DNA of 53,284 nt, counting the filler, from Squatina squatina (lineage: Eukaryota): assembly GCA_031763465.1 (NCBI GenBank). It is 3 parts of 3 records of this genome, joined end to end, with 100 filler letters (N's around TTAATTAATTAA, not from the genome) between each part and the next. Parts side by side here need not be neighbours in the genome. Positions count along the whole stretch, not along the records: positions 24,117 to 36,901 come from JARFOE010000001.1; 2 more parts are not named here. The stretch is one strand, 5' to 3'. Below the pieces are notes generated by a model. That model was not told the origin of the DNA and made no database searches. It was given only the letters and a program-made list of their open reading frames with translations. The translations under genes and the position numbers were made by a program. This document shows positions 24,117 to 37,001 of the stretch, in pieces; positions within the stretch are counted from its first letter, which is position 1; every line of letters begins with the position of its first letter.

Positions 24117-26384
24117 TTCAAAGGATCAACAGTTGCAAACCTCATTAAGCAATGCATTGTCGTCGCATATCCCCACACCTTATCAAACATGTCCTCCTTC
24201 ACCGTCTGACTCCTTTAAATGGAGTTTGCTTACTGATATTTTTCTTAAGGGAAGAAGTTTAAGATCTTTTGTTGAAAATCTTAAATTATAGCAATCAGTT
24301 GTAATATTTCAGAAAAAGTATTAAATTACCAATTTTACTCAAGTGTCTGACAGTACAGTACAAATGGCATATAATAAATCGTATTAGATTTTAATGCTTT
24401 TTCTATGACTTTAATGTGTGAATTCCATTCTGAATTGATGTCATTTCAATTACATTTTAGCAGCTGTCAGATGAGGATATACTGAAGATAGTAATCTTCA
24501 GTTTCTATAAGCTTTGTCTAAACAAATGACAGCATGTAGAATGAACCATGCGGGAGTCACTGCAGATTCTATTAATAACTCTTCACAATAACTGAAACAG
24601 CCCCATGGTGAGCTAAATGACTTTCCAATTCAATTTTCTCCTCAGNNNNNNNNNNNNNNNNNNNNNNNNNNNNNNNNNNNNNNNNNNNNNNNNNNNNNNN
24701 NNNNNNNNNNNNNNNNNNNNNNNNNNNNNNNNNNNNNNNNNNNNNCCTTTTAGTAAATGATTACAATAGTAATTGATCACCAGATTTCATCTTAAGAGGA
24801 TTTTTCTTTCTTAAAATGTAGATCTGTTCCATAATAGAAAAATTAATATTATTATGAAGTACAAATATGTACCTCATATGAACGCTGCCAGTTACATTCA
24901 TTATTAAAAGGTGCTAATGTTATTCATTAAACTCGTTCTCTATAAATTTTCATTTAAATACTTCCATATCAAGATTTGCCGTAAACACATGTGTTATTTG
25001 ATTTTCACATTTGCAACAACAGGCCCACAGATATTGCAGATCGTGTGAAGAAACTGTAATTATTAATTCAATATTTCGGCTGAGCCGAGGTGACATATTT
25101 GAAAAAGTCAAAAAGAATGGAGCTGTGCTGTGCAGAAAAGTATTTTGTACTGCACATTTCCAGCTGCTTTTTATTAATATATCCACTATAAATGGATCAG
25201 TAGTTTAAAAAGGAAATCACCTTAAAATAAAAACAGCAACTATGAGTGTTTGAACTGCAACTGTGTTCTGATTTTTTCATAGAAATATTTTTGTTTCTGA
25301 AAAGATTTTGTCATTCAGACCATGATCACAGCCGCCAAAAAGAATCAAACCAGTTCTAGAATTATGTGAGAAACATACCAGAATAGAAATAAAATTACAT
25401 TAATGCCTAACTGTTGTGCATTACACTTCTGTATTAAGGACTCAGAGCCCAGTCCTTTAAGTTGCAGGGGATTGTCAAAGAGGCTTTATTTAACATCTGC
25501 CGGTGTTTCAATTTTGCTTGTTAAGTCTAGAGATATGTAACATATTATTTCCAAGTGGATGGGTGAAATTCTCCTTTGTAATGTCCTAGTTTTGCCCTTC
25601 AGTCTATCAGCTGTGTCCCATTTCACATTCTGAGGAAGTTTTGGTGACATAGCAGCATGATTGTTATAGACTGTTGCTAGACATGTTATCTCTATTCTGT
25701 AGCTGATGGACATCACGAGACAGCAAGTAAAGTTATCATTATTGCAGCAAAACAAAGAAAAGTTGCCAAACACAAGTGGATTGAGGTCACATGTTTTAGC
25801 CAAACAAACAACCTCCCACTCCAAATATTCAGCTAAGATGAAGCTTTTTCCTATTGGGTGACTTGGGACCTACAGCAAACTATCAAATCAATTATACACA
25901 GTAGGTGACTAATGAGTAACATCATAAAGATTAAACAAGTCAATTTATTACAGCTTAATTTGCTGAAAGAAATTCATGCAAATATTTATTAGAATTTATA
26001 TGAATTTTGTTAGCTTTGTATATATTTGCCTGGAATTTTTTTTGAATTGGTTCAAGTCTTGTAAGCACTTCAAGAGAGCTGCAATTAACAATGTAAATGT
26101 TTTAATAAAAAATGAATAATATACAGACGATTGAACAGTATTTATCTGTTGAGAGTTTGTGTAGACTACTGTGCCTGATTAACATTAACCAGACATCGAT
26201 AATTCACAGCCCGGACTATGTAGAGACTTTAAACAAAATACATTCACAATGGCATTCAAACCATATAGATNNNNNNNNNNNNNNNNNNNNNNNNNNNNNN
26301 NNNNNNNNNNNNNNNNNNNNNNNNNNNNNNNNNNNNNNNNNNNNNNNNNNNNNNNNNNNNNNNNNNNNNNCAATGAAATACTTT

Positions 26385-26752
26385 TGAAGACTTTTGGTCA
26401 CTGTTTTAAAGTAGGAAATGCAGCAACCAATTTGTGCACACCAGGGTCCCACAAATGGCAATGTGATAATGACCAGATAATCTGTTATACTGCTGGTTGA
26501 GGGATATTGGACAGGACACCAGGGAGATCTCCACTCCTGCTCTTCAAAATAGTGCTGTGAAATAATTTGCCCATCTGAGGGGCCTCGGTTTAACATCACA
26601 TCGGAAAGGCAGCATCTCCGATAGTGCAGCATTCCCTCAGTACTGCACTGGCGTGTCAGCCTAGATTTTGTACTCTGGTCGCTGGAATGGTACTTGAACT
26701 CACAACCTTCTAACTTGCAGGTGAGAGTGTCACCCATTGAACCACATCTAAC
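26385..26752 (-). mobile_element. tRNA-derived DeuSINE (SacSINE1-like)
   Basis: Shares cctcggtttaac, ctccgatagtgcagcattccctcagtactgcactg and the tRNA-like head with three other copies in the window. Confidence 0.8.
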
Positions 26753-27584
26753 GCTCTGAATACCTCAAGGTGTTTGATCAGTTTCCCCCTCCTGCATCTC
26801 TCTACTTTTGCATGCCCCAGTTGTAGTCTTGTTTCCTTTTGTGTGTGCATGTTGTTTTCTCTTCTTTGCCCCTGACCTCCAGTGACTGCCATTCCCAAAT
26901 TCCCTGCCCAACATATATGGTGATTGCAGTTAACAGCCCTTTTTTGATTATCTGAATGTTGTGCTACCAGACAGCTGAGGCTAAGAACTTCAGAGGGATC
27001 ATGGCTGCCAGCTTGTGCTGTATCCTAGTCAATTATTTAAATCTTTGACTTTACTGATTCATACCCCACGATACTGGAATGCAACAATAAACTTGAGATA
27101 CTGTCTTTAAGGATAGTTATAGCTTGTGAAAAGGTTTGCGTGATCGTGCCATATCAAATAAAAACATACACTTTTATCAATTCTATGTAAATTATTCTTT
27201 ATCTTAATATTTGAAATTTGTTTTCAAATAAGCAACTAGCAGGTGAGAGACAGATGACACAAAAGCTATTTTTACACAGCCGACTGCTTCATTATCTATA
27301 TGTCAGCTTCAACAAACCTAAACTGTAATTCAGCTTCCGAGGCACGAAAGGAGGAGAATATACCAAGCAGAATATTACAAAAATACAAAGAGGAAAAAGT
27401 TATGTCAAATAATTTTTCATAGTATTAAATATCCTGACAAAGCTCAGTGACCTAACATGAAGTATTAAGCATTGAGATTCAGAGGAATTAAATCCTCTCA
27501 AATGAGAGCCACATTTTCACTATAAAGTTTGCTCCAGCACCTTCGCACATAAACATACCACATCCGAGATAAGATGTCCCTTAC

Positions 27585-27684
27585 CTTCAACAGTTGCTTC
27601 CAGCAGACCAAACTGTTCCAACACTTTAACAAATAACACAATCACTACCAAAACTGCTATCATCTCAAGCCCTTCCAAGTTCAT
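27585..27684 (-). CDS. KCNIP4: Kv channel-interacting protein 4, KChIP4a-type alternative first exon (transmembrane KIS domain)
   Basis: Manual translation gives MNLEGLEMIAVLVVIVLFVKVLEQFGLLEATVE plus G, then gtaagg, with start context accATG. Nearly identical to recalled KChIP4a MNLEGLEMIAVLIVIVLFVKLLEQFGLIEAGLE. Not in the ORF track. Confidence 0.9.
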
Positions 27685-30582
27685 GGTGATCAGGTCATTG
27701 TCTCACCAGTGCTGCTGAGAAATGAGTTTTTATTTTTTCAGCTAGGCTCTGTTTGTGAGGCCATCAAACTATGTTAAAGCTACAGTTCAGAGAGTGAATA
27801 CATCCTGTATATACCAAGACAGGCCAGGAGTGGCAGGCAGATAACTCAGGCCTGTCAGGATTATCTACTCTCTCGTTATCTCTGTTACACAGAAAAACAG
27901 CTGTGCATGAACAAACACATGGATCACCAAAAGATTTAGGAGGTCATCCACTAAAACACTCTGGAAAGACTGTGGATCAGGTGTGATAGCTAGGCTTCTG
28001 GGGTTTCACATCTTTTTTATGCCAATGCTGCTGGGTGGCATTGTTGTGGATGATCAGTTGCCTTGGTAACAGGAAAGAGCAATTGAGTGNNNNNNNNNNN
28101 NNNNNNNNNNNNNNNNNNNNNNNNNNNNNNNNNNNNNNNNNNNNNAAGTGAGCTGAAACACAGTGACATGGCAGAGCAGCTTTTAATGCATTCCTTTTTT
28201 ATTGATTGTGAAGCTTGCATTACAGTACCTTTGAAGAGATTTTTGTAGCTGAAGCTTACTTTGAATATCCAACTGTCATTTATTTCTGCCCGTGCGAAAG
28301 CTTATTGAATGTTACTGCGGCCAGGTTTTGAAAGGTTAAATGATCACAAACTATTGTCAATTAATTTAGTAATTGTAACTGATATTTAATCAATTGAGTT
28401 TTAAAAAAAGTTTGCTGTGTTTACCTTTTGAAACCTGCTGCATGAGCATCAGACAGATGTTATGCAGAGAAGGGAATGATTAATGGTAATTGCACACTTT
28501 AGCTCCAGGAAGCAGAATATTTATAATGGCATCAGTGCATTTGAAATCCTTCAATGTGATGAGTGGTGGAAGTCAAACTACTGCAATGTGCTAAGAGCAG
28601 TAGAACCAGCAGGGCGAAAGCTGGAAAGTCAGAAACCATCACGGACAGAGGAAAGGAAAAAAACTTTAATAACAGACAGCAAACACAGTCACCAGCTCCT
28701 TGCAGCTTGTTGATCGACAGCAAGACACGTATAGATTACGATTACAACCTTGGGTAATATTAAAATAATTTAATATAGAGATAATATTAATATTGACATA
28801 TAAATAATAGGCTTGAAATACTTGAAGCCAGATTGTAAAAATGATATATGTCTCTTTCAAGTGTTAACATTGCACAATGTAATTTCCAGGTATACGATTT
28901 TAAGACCACTCATTTTGTTTTCATTCATTCCATGAAATTGTTAGCCAATCATAATGTCTACTTAAAACATATTTGTCCTGCAATAAGCTAATAACGTCAA
29001 TTATTTCTAAACTGTATTTAAAATACATATGATTTCAAAATATGTCCTTTTGAAGATTAGTCAGTGTTCATGAACTTTTCAATAAACTACCTTTTTTGTG
29101 TTTTTTTCTGTTTACAAGTGAGGGTGTACCAAAAATCTATGAAAGCTAAATTAAGATGTGTTGATCCCAGTTTTGGGTTTATGAGGAAATATCAACAGGG
29201 AACCATAGAAAATCCTGGAAAAGTAAATTCTTTCGAAAAAACACTGCAGGGGGCAGATTCCAGCCTAAATGTTGGCAGGGTCAGGGTTATGGGGGTGGGG
29301 AAGTCGGGGATTCTTTAATTTGAATGGGAATGGTAGGCACATGTGCCACTAGGGGTGGATCTGGGGTACTCACCTGCCATAGAGGTTGAAAAATCCGACA
29401 GTACAGTGGCTGTCTGCGAGGGGTGGGGAGGGTCACTCTGAATGGCTATGGTATCAGAAATGGAGAAGGTTACTTTTAAGAAATTTAAAAATAAAACTCA
29501 CCATTTGTCTTCAGAGGACAAGGCCACAATCCTAACCTGGATCCCCAGGTGGGGCCCAGTTCTGCCGCCTTTGAGACAAGAGATGATGGAGTACTTGCCA
29601 TTGGAAATCCCAGCTCCTGACCCCAGCACCATTCCCTCTTATGTCTCGGGCCTTGTAAGGGGTGAGCAGAACTTCAGCCCCTTACAAGGTGCAAATACAT
29701 TCCAACAGCAGACTGAGGCCTAGCATATCTAGCTCCTTGCCTAAGTGCTGGTGCACTCCTGCTAAAGTTACAGCGGGAATTTGTCAGAAGGGTTGTAGGT
29801 TTTCAGCCTCACTTATGTTACTTTGATTTTCTGTCCTTCGCATCATTGAATCATATAGCATGAAAACAGGTCATTTGACCCACCATTCTACATCAGTGTT
29901 TTTCTCCACATTAANNNNNNNNNNNNNNNNNNNNNNNNNNNNNNNNNNNNNNNNNNNNNNNNNNNNNNNNNNNNNNNNNNNNNNNNNNNNNNNNNNNNNN
30001 NNNNNNNNNNNNNNTCTGAAGTGCTAACCTACTCTAAATCTTTATAAACAAGCTCAGTATGCTGATCAGGTTTTGGATGATTATCTACAGGAGCTCAAAT
30101 GTTATCCCAGCAAATGTTTTCCAACCTTTTGCACCCCCTGTTGTCTGTGATTAGATCAGACCAAGGAAATGAAAGGTAGGATGTGATCTGACCTTGCTTA
30201 CTGCAGAGAAAGATCACTGGCGAGCAGACTTTTTCCTACTAGGGATATTGCTGATGTTTGTTGCAATGCTCCTGTCAAGTCTGCAGCAAATGTTTGAAGA
30301 AACCATTTTCTTAGTTATTTTCAAAGAGGATGTATAATTCAAAGAGGTTAACCTGCCCAGAGGCATTACCAGGCTACTGCTTTAATTTACCATTAGTGTA
30401 CTCTTTATTGGCTTCATTAACATTTCCATCATGACTATCACTTGATCATCATTGACAATATATTACAATAAGGCAATACCCATATTACTGCAACTTAGAA
30501 GTGTTTTAATTATGATTGGTGATTTATTCCAAGATTAGAAGTGTGGAAAGAAAAAGGTTGATTTGGATGAACTGAATTAGAT

Positions 30583-30843
30583 TTGTGTTCTTCAAAAGGC
30601 CTAGTTATGATTCTGTCTTGCGTTTTTTTCAGTTTACATATGATGATGGTGTTCAAGGTTCTTCAGCCTCCAGTCATTGGACGATATCAAAGACATGTCA
30701 ACAATCAAAGTAGAGGACTGAAGTTGGGTAACAGCAAAGAATACAGTGAGAGTGGAAATGTCGTACAACAGTGCCAACAATTAGTGGAGGGGAAAGATTT
30801 GGGAAAGCTTCAGACAAGAACAGTAAGCTCACACTCCTCCCAG
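30583..30843 (+). CDS. Possible GCNT2-like (beta-1,6-GlcNAc transferase) N-terminal fragment, truncated by a gap
   Basis: Open frame with a hydrophobic segment GLVMILSCVFFSLHMMMVF, a polar stem, then VVQQCQQLVEGK, similar to recalled GCNT2 LAEACHQIFEGK. The start codon is unclear and no catalytic domain is visible. Confidence 0.3.
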
Positions 30844-32319
30844 NNNNNNNNNNNNNNNNNNNNNNNNNNNNNNNNNNNNNNNNNNNNNNNNNNNNNNNNN
30901 NNNNNNNNNNNNNNNNNNNNNNNNNNNNNNNNNNNNNNNNNNNCTCCCCCCTCCTCGGCTCTAACTCTGTTTTACCTTTCCTCTTCACTGGCCTATAATG
31001 CTCGTTCTACTTTTGCCTTTGCCCTCCCTTCCCCCATGTCAAACGTTTCTCTATCATCCCCTCTAAGCTGTAACCCCATTCTACCTTCCCCCTCTGGCCT
31101 GTGGCCTCCAGCTCCCCTGTCCTTCCTCAGTCCTGATCCAACAAGGCATTGCACTCCAACCTCATTTGATGTTAACACACCATTTGGTCTTGATATTACA
31201 GGTAACGTCAAAATTAAACTCGTTGGAAAGAACAAAATTATTCATCACTTGATAGCTTTAAACTGATGTGCTGTGCAATGAATTTTCCAAAAACAGAATT
31301 ACTCACATTGATAAAATCACAGAATAACTTTGAGACATTTTAGTTCAAAGATATTTAAATTTGTGTGGCCAGCAACAAAATTAATTAATGGAATTGCTTT
31401 TTTATATTGACAAGGCAAAATTCTTTCAAGAGCACCGATGCTGCTGAAATAGATAGCAGGTGAGTTTGAGATGACAGAAGTGATCTGTCAATGGTCAGAG
31501 AGGTTGCTTCAAGGAGGTNNNNNNNNNNNNNNNNNNNNNNNNNNNNNNNNNNNNNNNNNNNNNNNNNNNNNNNNNNNNNNNNNNNNNNNNNNNNNNNNNN
31601 NNNNNNNNNNNNNNNNNNGCATGTGCAAATGTAATGAAGACTGGGGCCATTTTTTCATTGAGTGCAAAATGCAACCCAATGAAACTAATAGTGCAGACAA
31701 TCATATCTCCTATTGTTTCCAGGGCCCAACAGTAAATCATGATGGCTCAACGCATTGTACGAGATTGTCGTCAAGGGTTAAATATGTTAATGTGCTGCTT
31801 TCTAAAGCCCAGAAATTGTTTGTCTTTTTAACTTGCAACAGTCTCCCCGAGCCTAATGGTCTCCACTGGCTGATGTAAAGCTGAACAACCCGGGGCCGAT
31901 GTTCTCAAATATATTTACTACAGTCACCCTGAGGATCTCTGCAAATCAGCGAGAGAACCGTGTTGAAAAAGAACTCCATTCTGGACTAAATTATTTATTT
32001 CAGTCTACTTGATGAAATGGCTTTCAGATGCATTTACCCTTTAGCACAATCTAATAACTTGCAGGGACATCAACAGTGTAACAGCATATAATTACATTCA
32101 CCTCACAATAAAAATGCTCAGCATATAATGCCTGAAAGCAAAATTTGTTTCTGTGGATTGTAGGCAGTGGCTAGCATTAGATTAGTTTTCTCACATTTAT
32201 ATGATTATTATCCAGCCAGTGGACTGGTTTGCAGAGCAGTTTGTTTCTTGTGTCTGAGAATATGCCTGATTGAAAAACAATAGACTTCCATTTGTAGCAC
32301 TTCTCCAGTTAGTGCAACT

Positions 32320-32490
32320 CCTAGAATCAGAATAGTGCAGCGCAGAAGGAGGCGATTCAGTCCATCGAGTCTGCGCCGGCTTTTCAAAGAGCAATCCAGA
32401 TAGTCACACTCTCCCACTCTTGTCCCCTATCTCTGCAATTTTTTCTCCTTCAAGTATTTGTCCAAATTCCTTTGAAGGCTGCGATTGATT
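32320..32490 (-). mobile_element. CR1 3' tail fragment
   Basis: agaaggaggcgattcagtccatcgagtctgcgccggct is homologous to the tail near 49150-49210. Confidence 0.65.
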
Positions 32491-32494
32491 CTAT

Positions 32495-33024
32495 GGGTGA
32501 GAAATTGCATAGCTTCCCGTTTGGAGCGTTAACTTTTGCGAGCTTCCGGTCTGGTGCTCCAAGAAGGAAGTGGAGTGCNNNNNNNNNNGCTAAATTGAGC
32601 GCTGCCACTTCCCTTAGAGTGCTAAAAGGAGCAGAGGGGTGGTAGCGGCAGAACGCTGCACAATATTCCGTGCAGCGCTGCTGGATTCACAGGCTCCTTC
32701 CCTCTCTTAAAGAGAAGTTCCAATTCTGTGGGCATTGGAAACTAAGGCTGGGAAAGGTAGTCGATGGCACCCACAATACATACAAAGCCGCCCCAAGCAC
32801 TGAGTGCAGGGCTGATCAATTGTGGCCGGGAAAAAAAAAATGAAAACACAGCACTATGAGGACATGATTAAATTTTGGCCTACCTGACCACTAATGCCTT
32901 TAATTACCACTCCAAGCGGCCGGTCGAGGTCACAACACCTCCTGCAGCTGCGTTATTGACGCCTGGTGAAGCTGCAGGGTGCGGAAGCGAATTTTACCTC
33001 CAGGGCGATAATGGTGTGCTGTGC
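32495..33024. repeat. GC-rich interspersed repeat (MITE-like)
   Basis: Shares gaattt..tccagggcg.taa.gg.gtgct with about 9390-9425. Starts gggtgagaaattg and ends at a gap. Confidence 0.45.
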
Positions 33025-34510
33025 NNNNNNNNNNNNNNNNNNNNNNNNNNNNNNNNNNNNNNNNNNNNNNNNNNNNNNNNNNNNNNNNNNNNNNNNNNNN
33101 NNNNNNNNNNNNNNNNNNNNNNNNTCTCCACTGAATAATAATACCTGCCAAGAAATCGTTAAGACTTTTAAAACTAATTTAACATCAATGACAACTTCAA
33201 GCCTTAGGGTATTTGGGAGACCTGCTATGAGACCAAATTGGTTCGGCCGGATCAATACCATGCAGAAGACTGAAGTGTTGTTCCGACAAACCAGAATGGA
33301 AAAAATGGAAGTTACAGTGTATTTCCTCAGATGTCATCTATATGTTCTGCAAGTAAATACATGGGTGCTGTATGTCACATTGGTAACGTCACTTCAGCTG
33401 TGCCTTTTGAATTTGAGCGAGAGTTCACTTCAGAATCCAATGAGCAACTCGAGCTGTGGATATAACTGGCTTCGTAGAATTGTACTCAATATTCACTCAA
33501 CCTTTTGAAGTTTTCACCAATCTGTTTGCACACTGAGAATTATGGTTACATTTCCACCATTTTGTGTTTTGAAGTGAAATAACCACATGCATTGTAATGG
33601 CAAAGATGAATAAATATCACAGCCTTAGTCTATTAACTGATCTCGTAATTATATGCACTTTGCTTTCCACCTCGATCCCTTTGCTTGGAGTAGAACATAT
33701 TTAAAACAACCATATCAGTTGAGCCACGCATATGGATGAAGTTATGTAACACAATGAACATTGAAACATGAATTACCAAGAAAACTGCAGAATCGTGGTG
33801 AATGGCATGAAATGCCTATTGTACACTGCAACTTTCAATACAATCATTGCAAAATTATCCAACGCTGACATTTCTGATTCTGTATTAGGAAAAATAAAGT
33901 TATAGTATGTACAGTGTTAAGATTATCGATTAGAATTAAATGATGTATTTATTTTATAAATTGCCTTTTTAAGAAACGGGAGCACCAGGTATAATTCATA
34001 TTTCACAACAGAGTTAATGCTATTGAGTGAAACTTTACCAACGGCAGCAATGACATGATAAATGCAAGTACAACACTTTGCCTACCTTTACGTCGACTCC
34101 TTTCTTTTGTTTGGAATGACAAAGTACCCATCAGAGCCCCCATCTTCAATGATTTTATCAGAAAACTTGCAGCCAGTGCTCTTCTCAGACACGCAGAGTG
34201 TGGCTAATGTTTATGTCTTGGTTACGATACGGTGAATAAAAAAATCAAAGCACAGTTTGAAAGCGGAGATAAAGGTGCACATAAAGCGTAATGACTTCTT
34301 TTGTCAACACTCTGCAGGCTTCTTGCTGCGATATTATTATTCAACTCTGCTGCACATCGGAATTTTAATTTTGACGTGTTCATTCACAGCTCAAAGACAT
34401 GTTTGAGTGGNNNNNNNNNNNNNNNNNNNNNNNNNNNNNNNNNNNNNNNNNNNNNNNNNNNNNNNNNNNNNNNNNNNNNNNNNNNNNNNNNNNNNNNNNN
34501 NNNNNNNNNN

Positions 34511-34842
34511 ACCAGATAATCTTCATTTTGTTATGTTGATTGAGGGACAAATATTGGCCAGGACACCAGGGATTGGTTTAATTTTTTTCTTAGCTTGGTG
34601 TAAAAAATAATAAAATGCAAAATAATTCAAAAGGAGCTTTGAAGTAGTGCCTTGGAATCTTTTATGTCCACCTGAGAGAGCAGATGGGGCCTCGGTTTAA
34701 CGTCTCATAAAATACAGCACCTCCGACAGTGCAGCACTCCATCAGCACTGCATTTATATGCTCAAGCACCTGGAGTGGGACTTAAACCCATAACCTTCTG
34801 ACTCAGAGGCGAGTGTGCTACCCACTGAGCCACTGCTGACAC
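34511..34842 (-). mobile_element. tRNA-derived DeuSINE (SacSINE1-like)
   Basis: Minus-strand head with A box TGGCTCAGTGGG and B-box-like GGTTTAAGTCCC. Body homologous to 26385-26752. Confidence 0.8.
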
Positions 34843-35399
34843 TAATTTATTCAAATCACTAAAAACTGTAGGCTGTGGGAGAGCGGTGAGCAGCATTCTG
34901 TGCTTGCCTTCAGCTATGAAAACAAAAGAAATGTTTTAGCAACACCGCAATTAGACCACTCAGCCAATCTGGGACACTTGGTAGGTACACTCGCACCAGC
35001 TCTTGCCAATATCGACAGCTGAAGTCAGCATAACATGATGGATCGCTGTTCTCCCCAGTGTTAAGTCCTTATTATTTTAGATGTCTTCACAATTGAAAAA
35101 ATTGATTGAGAAGTCACTATAGAAGTGGGGATATTATACATCATGCATGGGATTTATTCTCCAGGCAAATCTGGGGACATGCTCCATGGAATATTAGATT
35201 TTAGACGCGCTTGCCAACATCTTGGAGTAGACTTTTTATATGTATTGGTTGATTTTCCATGGAATTGCTCATGGGAAGTCAAGACCAAGTGTCGTCTTCA
35301 GGTGCAGCAAGGGACATTGAACCAGGGTGTATAGACACAATTCAGTCCCCAATTAAAGCCCTATATTCTGTCCTTATTTGTATATTTTCATTATAAATT

Positions 35400-35750
35400 C
35401 CTATAAAATTCTTACAAGGATCAACAGGGTATATGCAAGGGATAATGTTTCCCCTGGCTGGGGAGTCTAGAACCAGGGGTCGCAGTCTCAGAATACGGGG
35501 TAGGCCATTTAGGACTGAGATTAGGAGAAATTTCTTCAGTCAGAGGGTGGTGAACTTGTGGACTTCTCTACCACAGAAGACTGTGGAGGCCAAGTCATTG
35601 AATATATTCAAGAAGGAGATAGATAGATTTCTAGATGCTAAAGGCATCAAGGGATATGGGGAGAAAGCGGGAATATGGTGTTGAGATAGAGGATCAACCA
35701 TGATCATATTGGCATATCCTGCTCCTATTTTCTATGTTTCTATGTTTCTA
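35400..35750 (+). mobile_element. CR1 LINE 3' end
   Basis: MFPLAGESRTRGRSLRIRGRPFRTEIRRNFFSQRVVNLW..IFKKEIDRFL, ending in a short (tttctatg)n tail. Confidence 0.9.
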
Positions 35751-36901
35751 AGACAAAATATTAATCAAGAAATAGTAACAGCTTGTAACAAAGGTAGTGC
35801 AATAATCGTGGGGGGCTTTAATTTTCAAATAGACTGGACAAATCAAATTTGCAAATGTCGTCCGGAGGACAGGTTCCTGGAATGCATTCGGGACAGTTTC
35901 CTAGAACAGTACATCATGGAACCNNNNNNNNNNCAACCAGGGAAGAGGCTATTTTAGATCTTGTATTGTGTAATGGGAGAGGGCTAATTAGCAATCTCAT
36001 AGTAAAGGATCCTCTGGGGCTGAGTGATAAAGTATTATTGAATTTCACGTTAAGTTTGTGAGTGACTTGCCTGTATCCGAAAGTAGAATCTTAAACTTAA
36101 ATTCAATTACACAGGTATGAGGGGCGAGTTGGCTAAGGTAGATTTGAAAAATAGATTAAACGGTATGGCAGCCGCTAAGCAGTGACTTGCATTAAAATAC
36201 ATTTTTCATCATTCTCAACAAAAATACATTCCATTGAGAACCCAAAACTCCACAGGAAAAATGATCCATCCATGGCTAACTAAAGAAGTTAAGGATAGCA
36301 TTAGATTGAAAGAAGAAACCTTATAATGTTGCGCAGAATAGTAGTAAGTCTGAGGATTGGGAGAGTTTCAGAAACCAGCAAAGGATGACCAACAATTTGA
36401 TAAAAAGGTAAAAAATAGAATATAAAAGAAAACTAACAAGAAATATTAAAACAGATTATAAGAGTTTCTACAAGTATGTGAAAGGAAGAGAGCAGTAAAA
36501 GTAAATGTTGGTCCCTTAGAGGCTGAGACAGATGAAATTATTCTGGGGAATAAGGAAATGGCAAAAACTTTAAACAAATATTTTGTATCTGTCTTCACAG
36601 TAGAAGACACCTAAAATGGTGGCAAAGCAAGGGTCTAAAGAGTGTGAGGAACTTAATGTAATATAAGCAGAGACAAAGTACTAGAGAAACTAATGGGACT
36701 AAAAGCTGACAAATCCCCTGGACCTGACGGCCTACATCCTAGAGTTCTGAAAAAGGTGGCTGCAGAGATAGTGGATGCATTGGTTTTGATCTTCCAAAAT
36801 TCACTAGATTCAAGTTTGCTGATGATAGAAGCTAGGTGAGACAGTAAGCTGTGAGGCAAACACAAAGAGTCTGCAAAGGGATATAGACAGACTAAGTGAG
36901 T
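35751..36901 (+). mobile_element. Decayed CR1 ORF2 (endonuclease to reverse transcriptase) with an internal deletion
   Basis: IIVGGFNF..DW, FLECIRDSFLEQY, TREEAILDLVLCN, PWLTKEVK and KSPGPDGLHPRVLK, then a jump to KFADD..LQRDIDRLSE. Contains stops and frameshifts. Confidence 0.9.
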
Positions 36902-37001
36902 NNNNNNNNNNNNNNNNNNNNNNNNNNNNNNNNNNNNNNNNNNNNTTAATTAATTAANNNNNNNNNNNNNNNNNNNNNNNNNNNNNNNNNNNNNNNNNNN
37001 N
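36902..37001. other. Artificial scaffold linker: 44 N + TTAATTAATTAA + 44 N
   Basis: Same structure as 24017-24116. Confidence 0.95.

Noticed and set aside
24950-25186. Cys-rich ORF MSPRLSRNIELIITVSSHDLQYLWACCCKC as another KCNIP4 first exon
   Set aside because: It matches no KCNIP N-terminus I can recall and has no convincing canonical donor.
33125-33508. Longer open frame and an Ig-like NGSYSVF..VCHI fragment
   Set aside because: The similarity is limited to a few residues, that frame has a nearby stop, and no family could be assigned.
34770-34842. tRNA gene
   Set aside because: The A and B boxes are the head of a SINE continuous with a multi-copy body. No full cloverleaf is evident.
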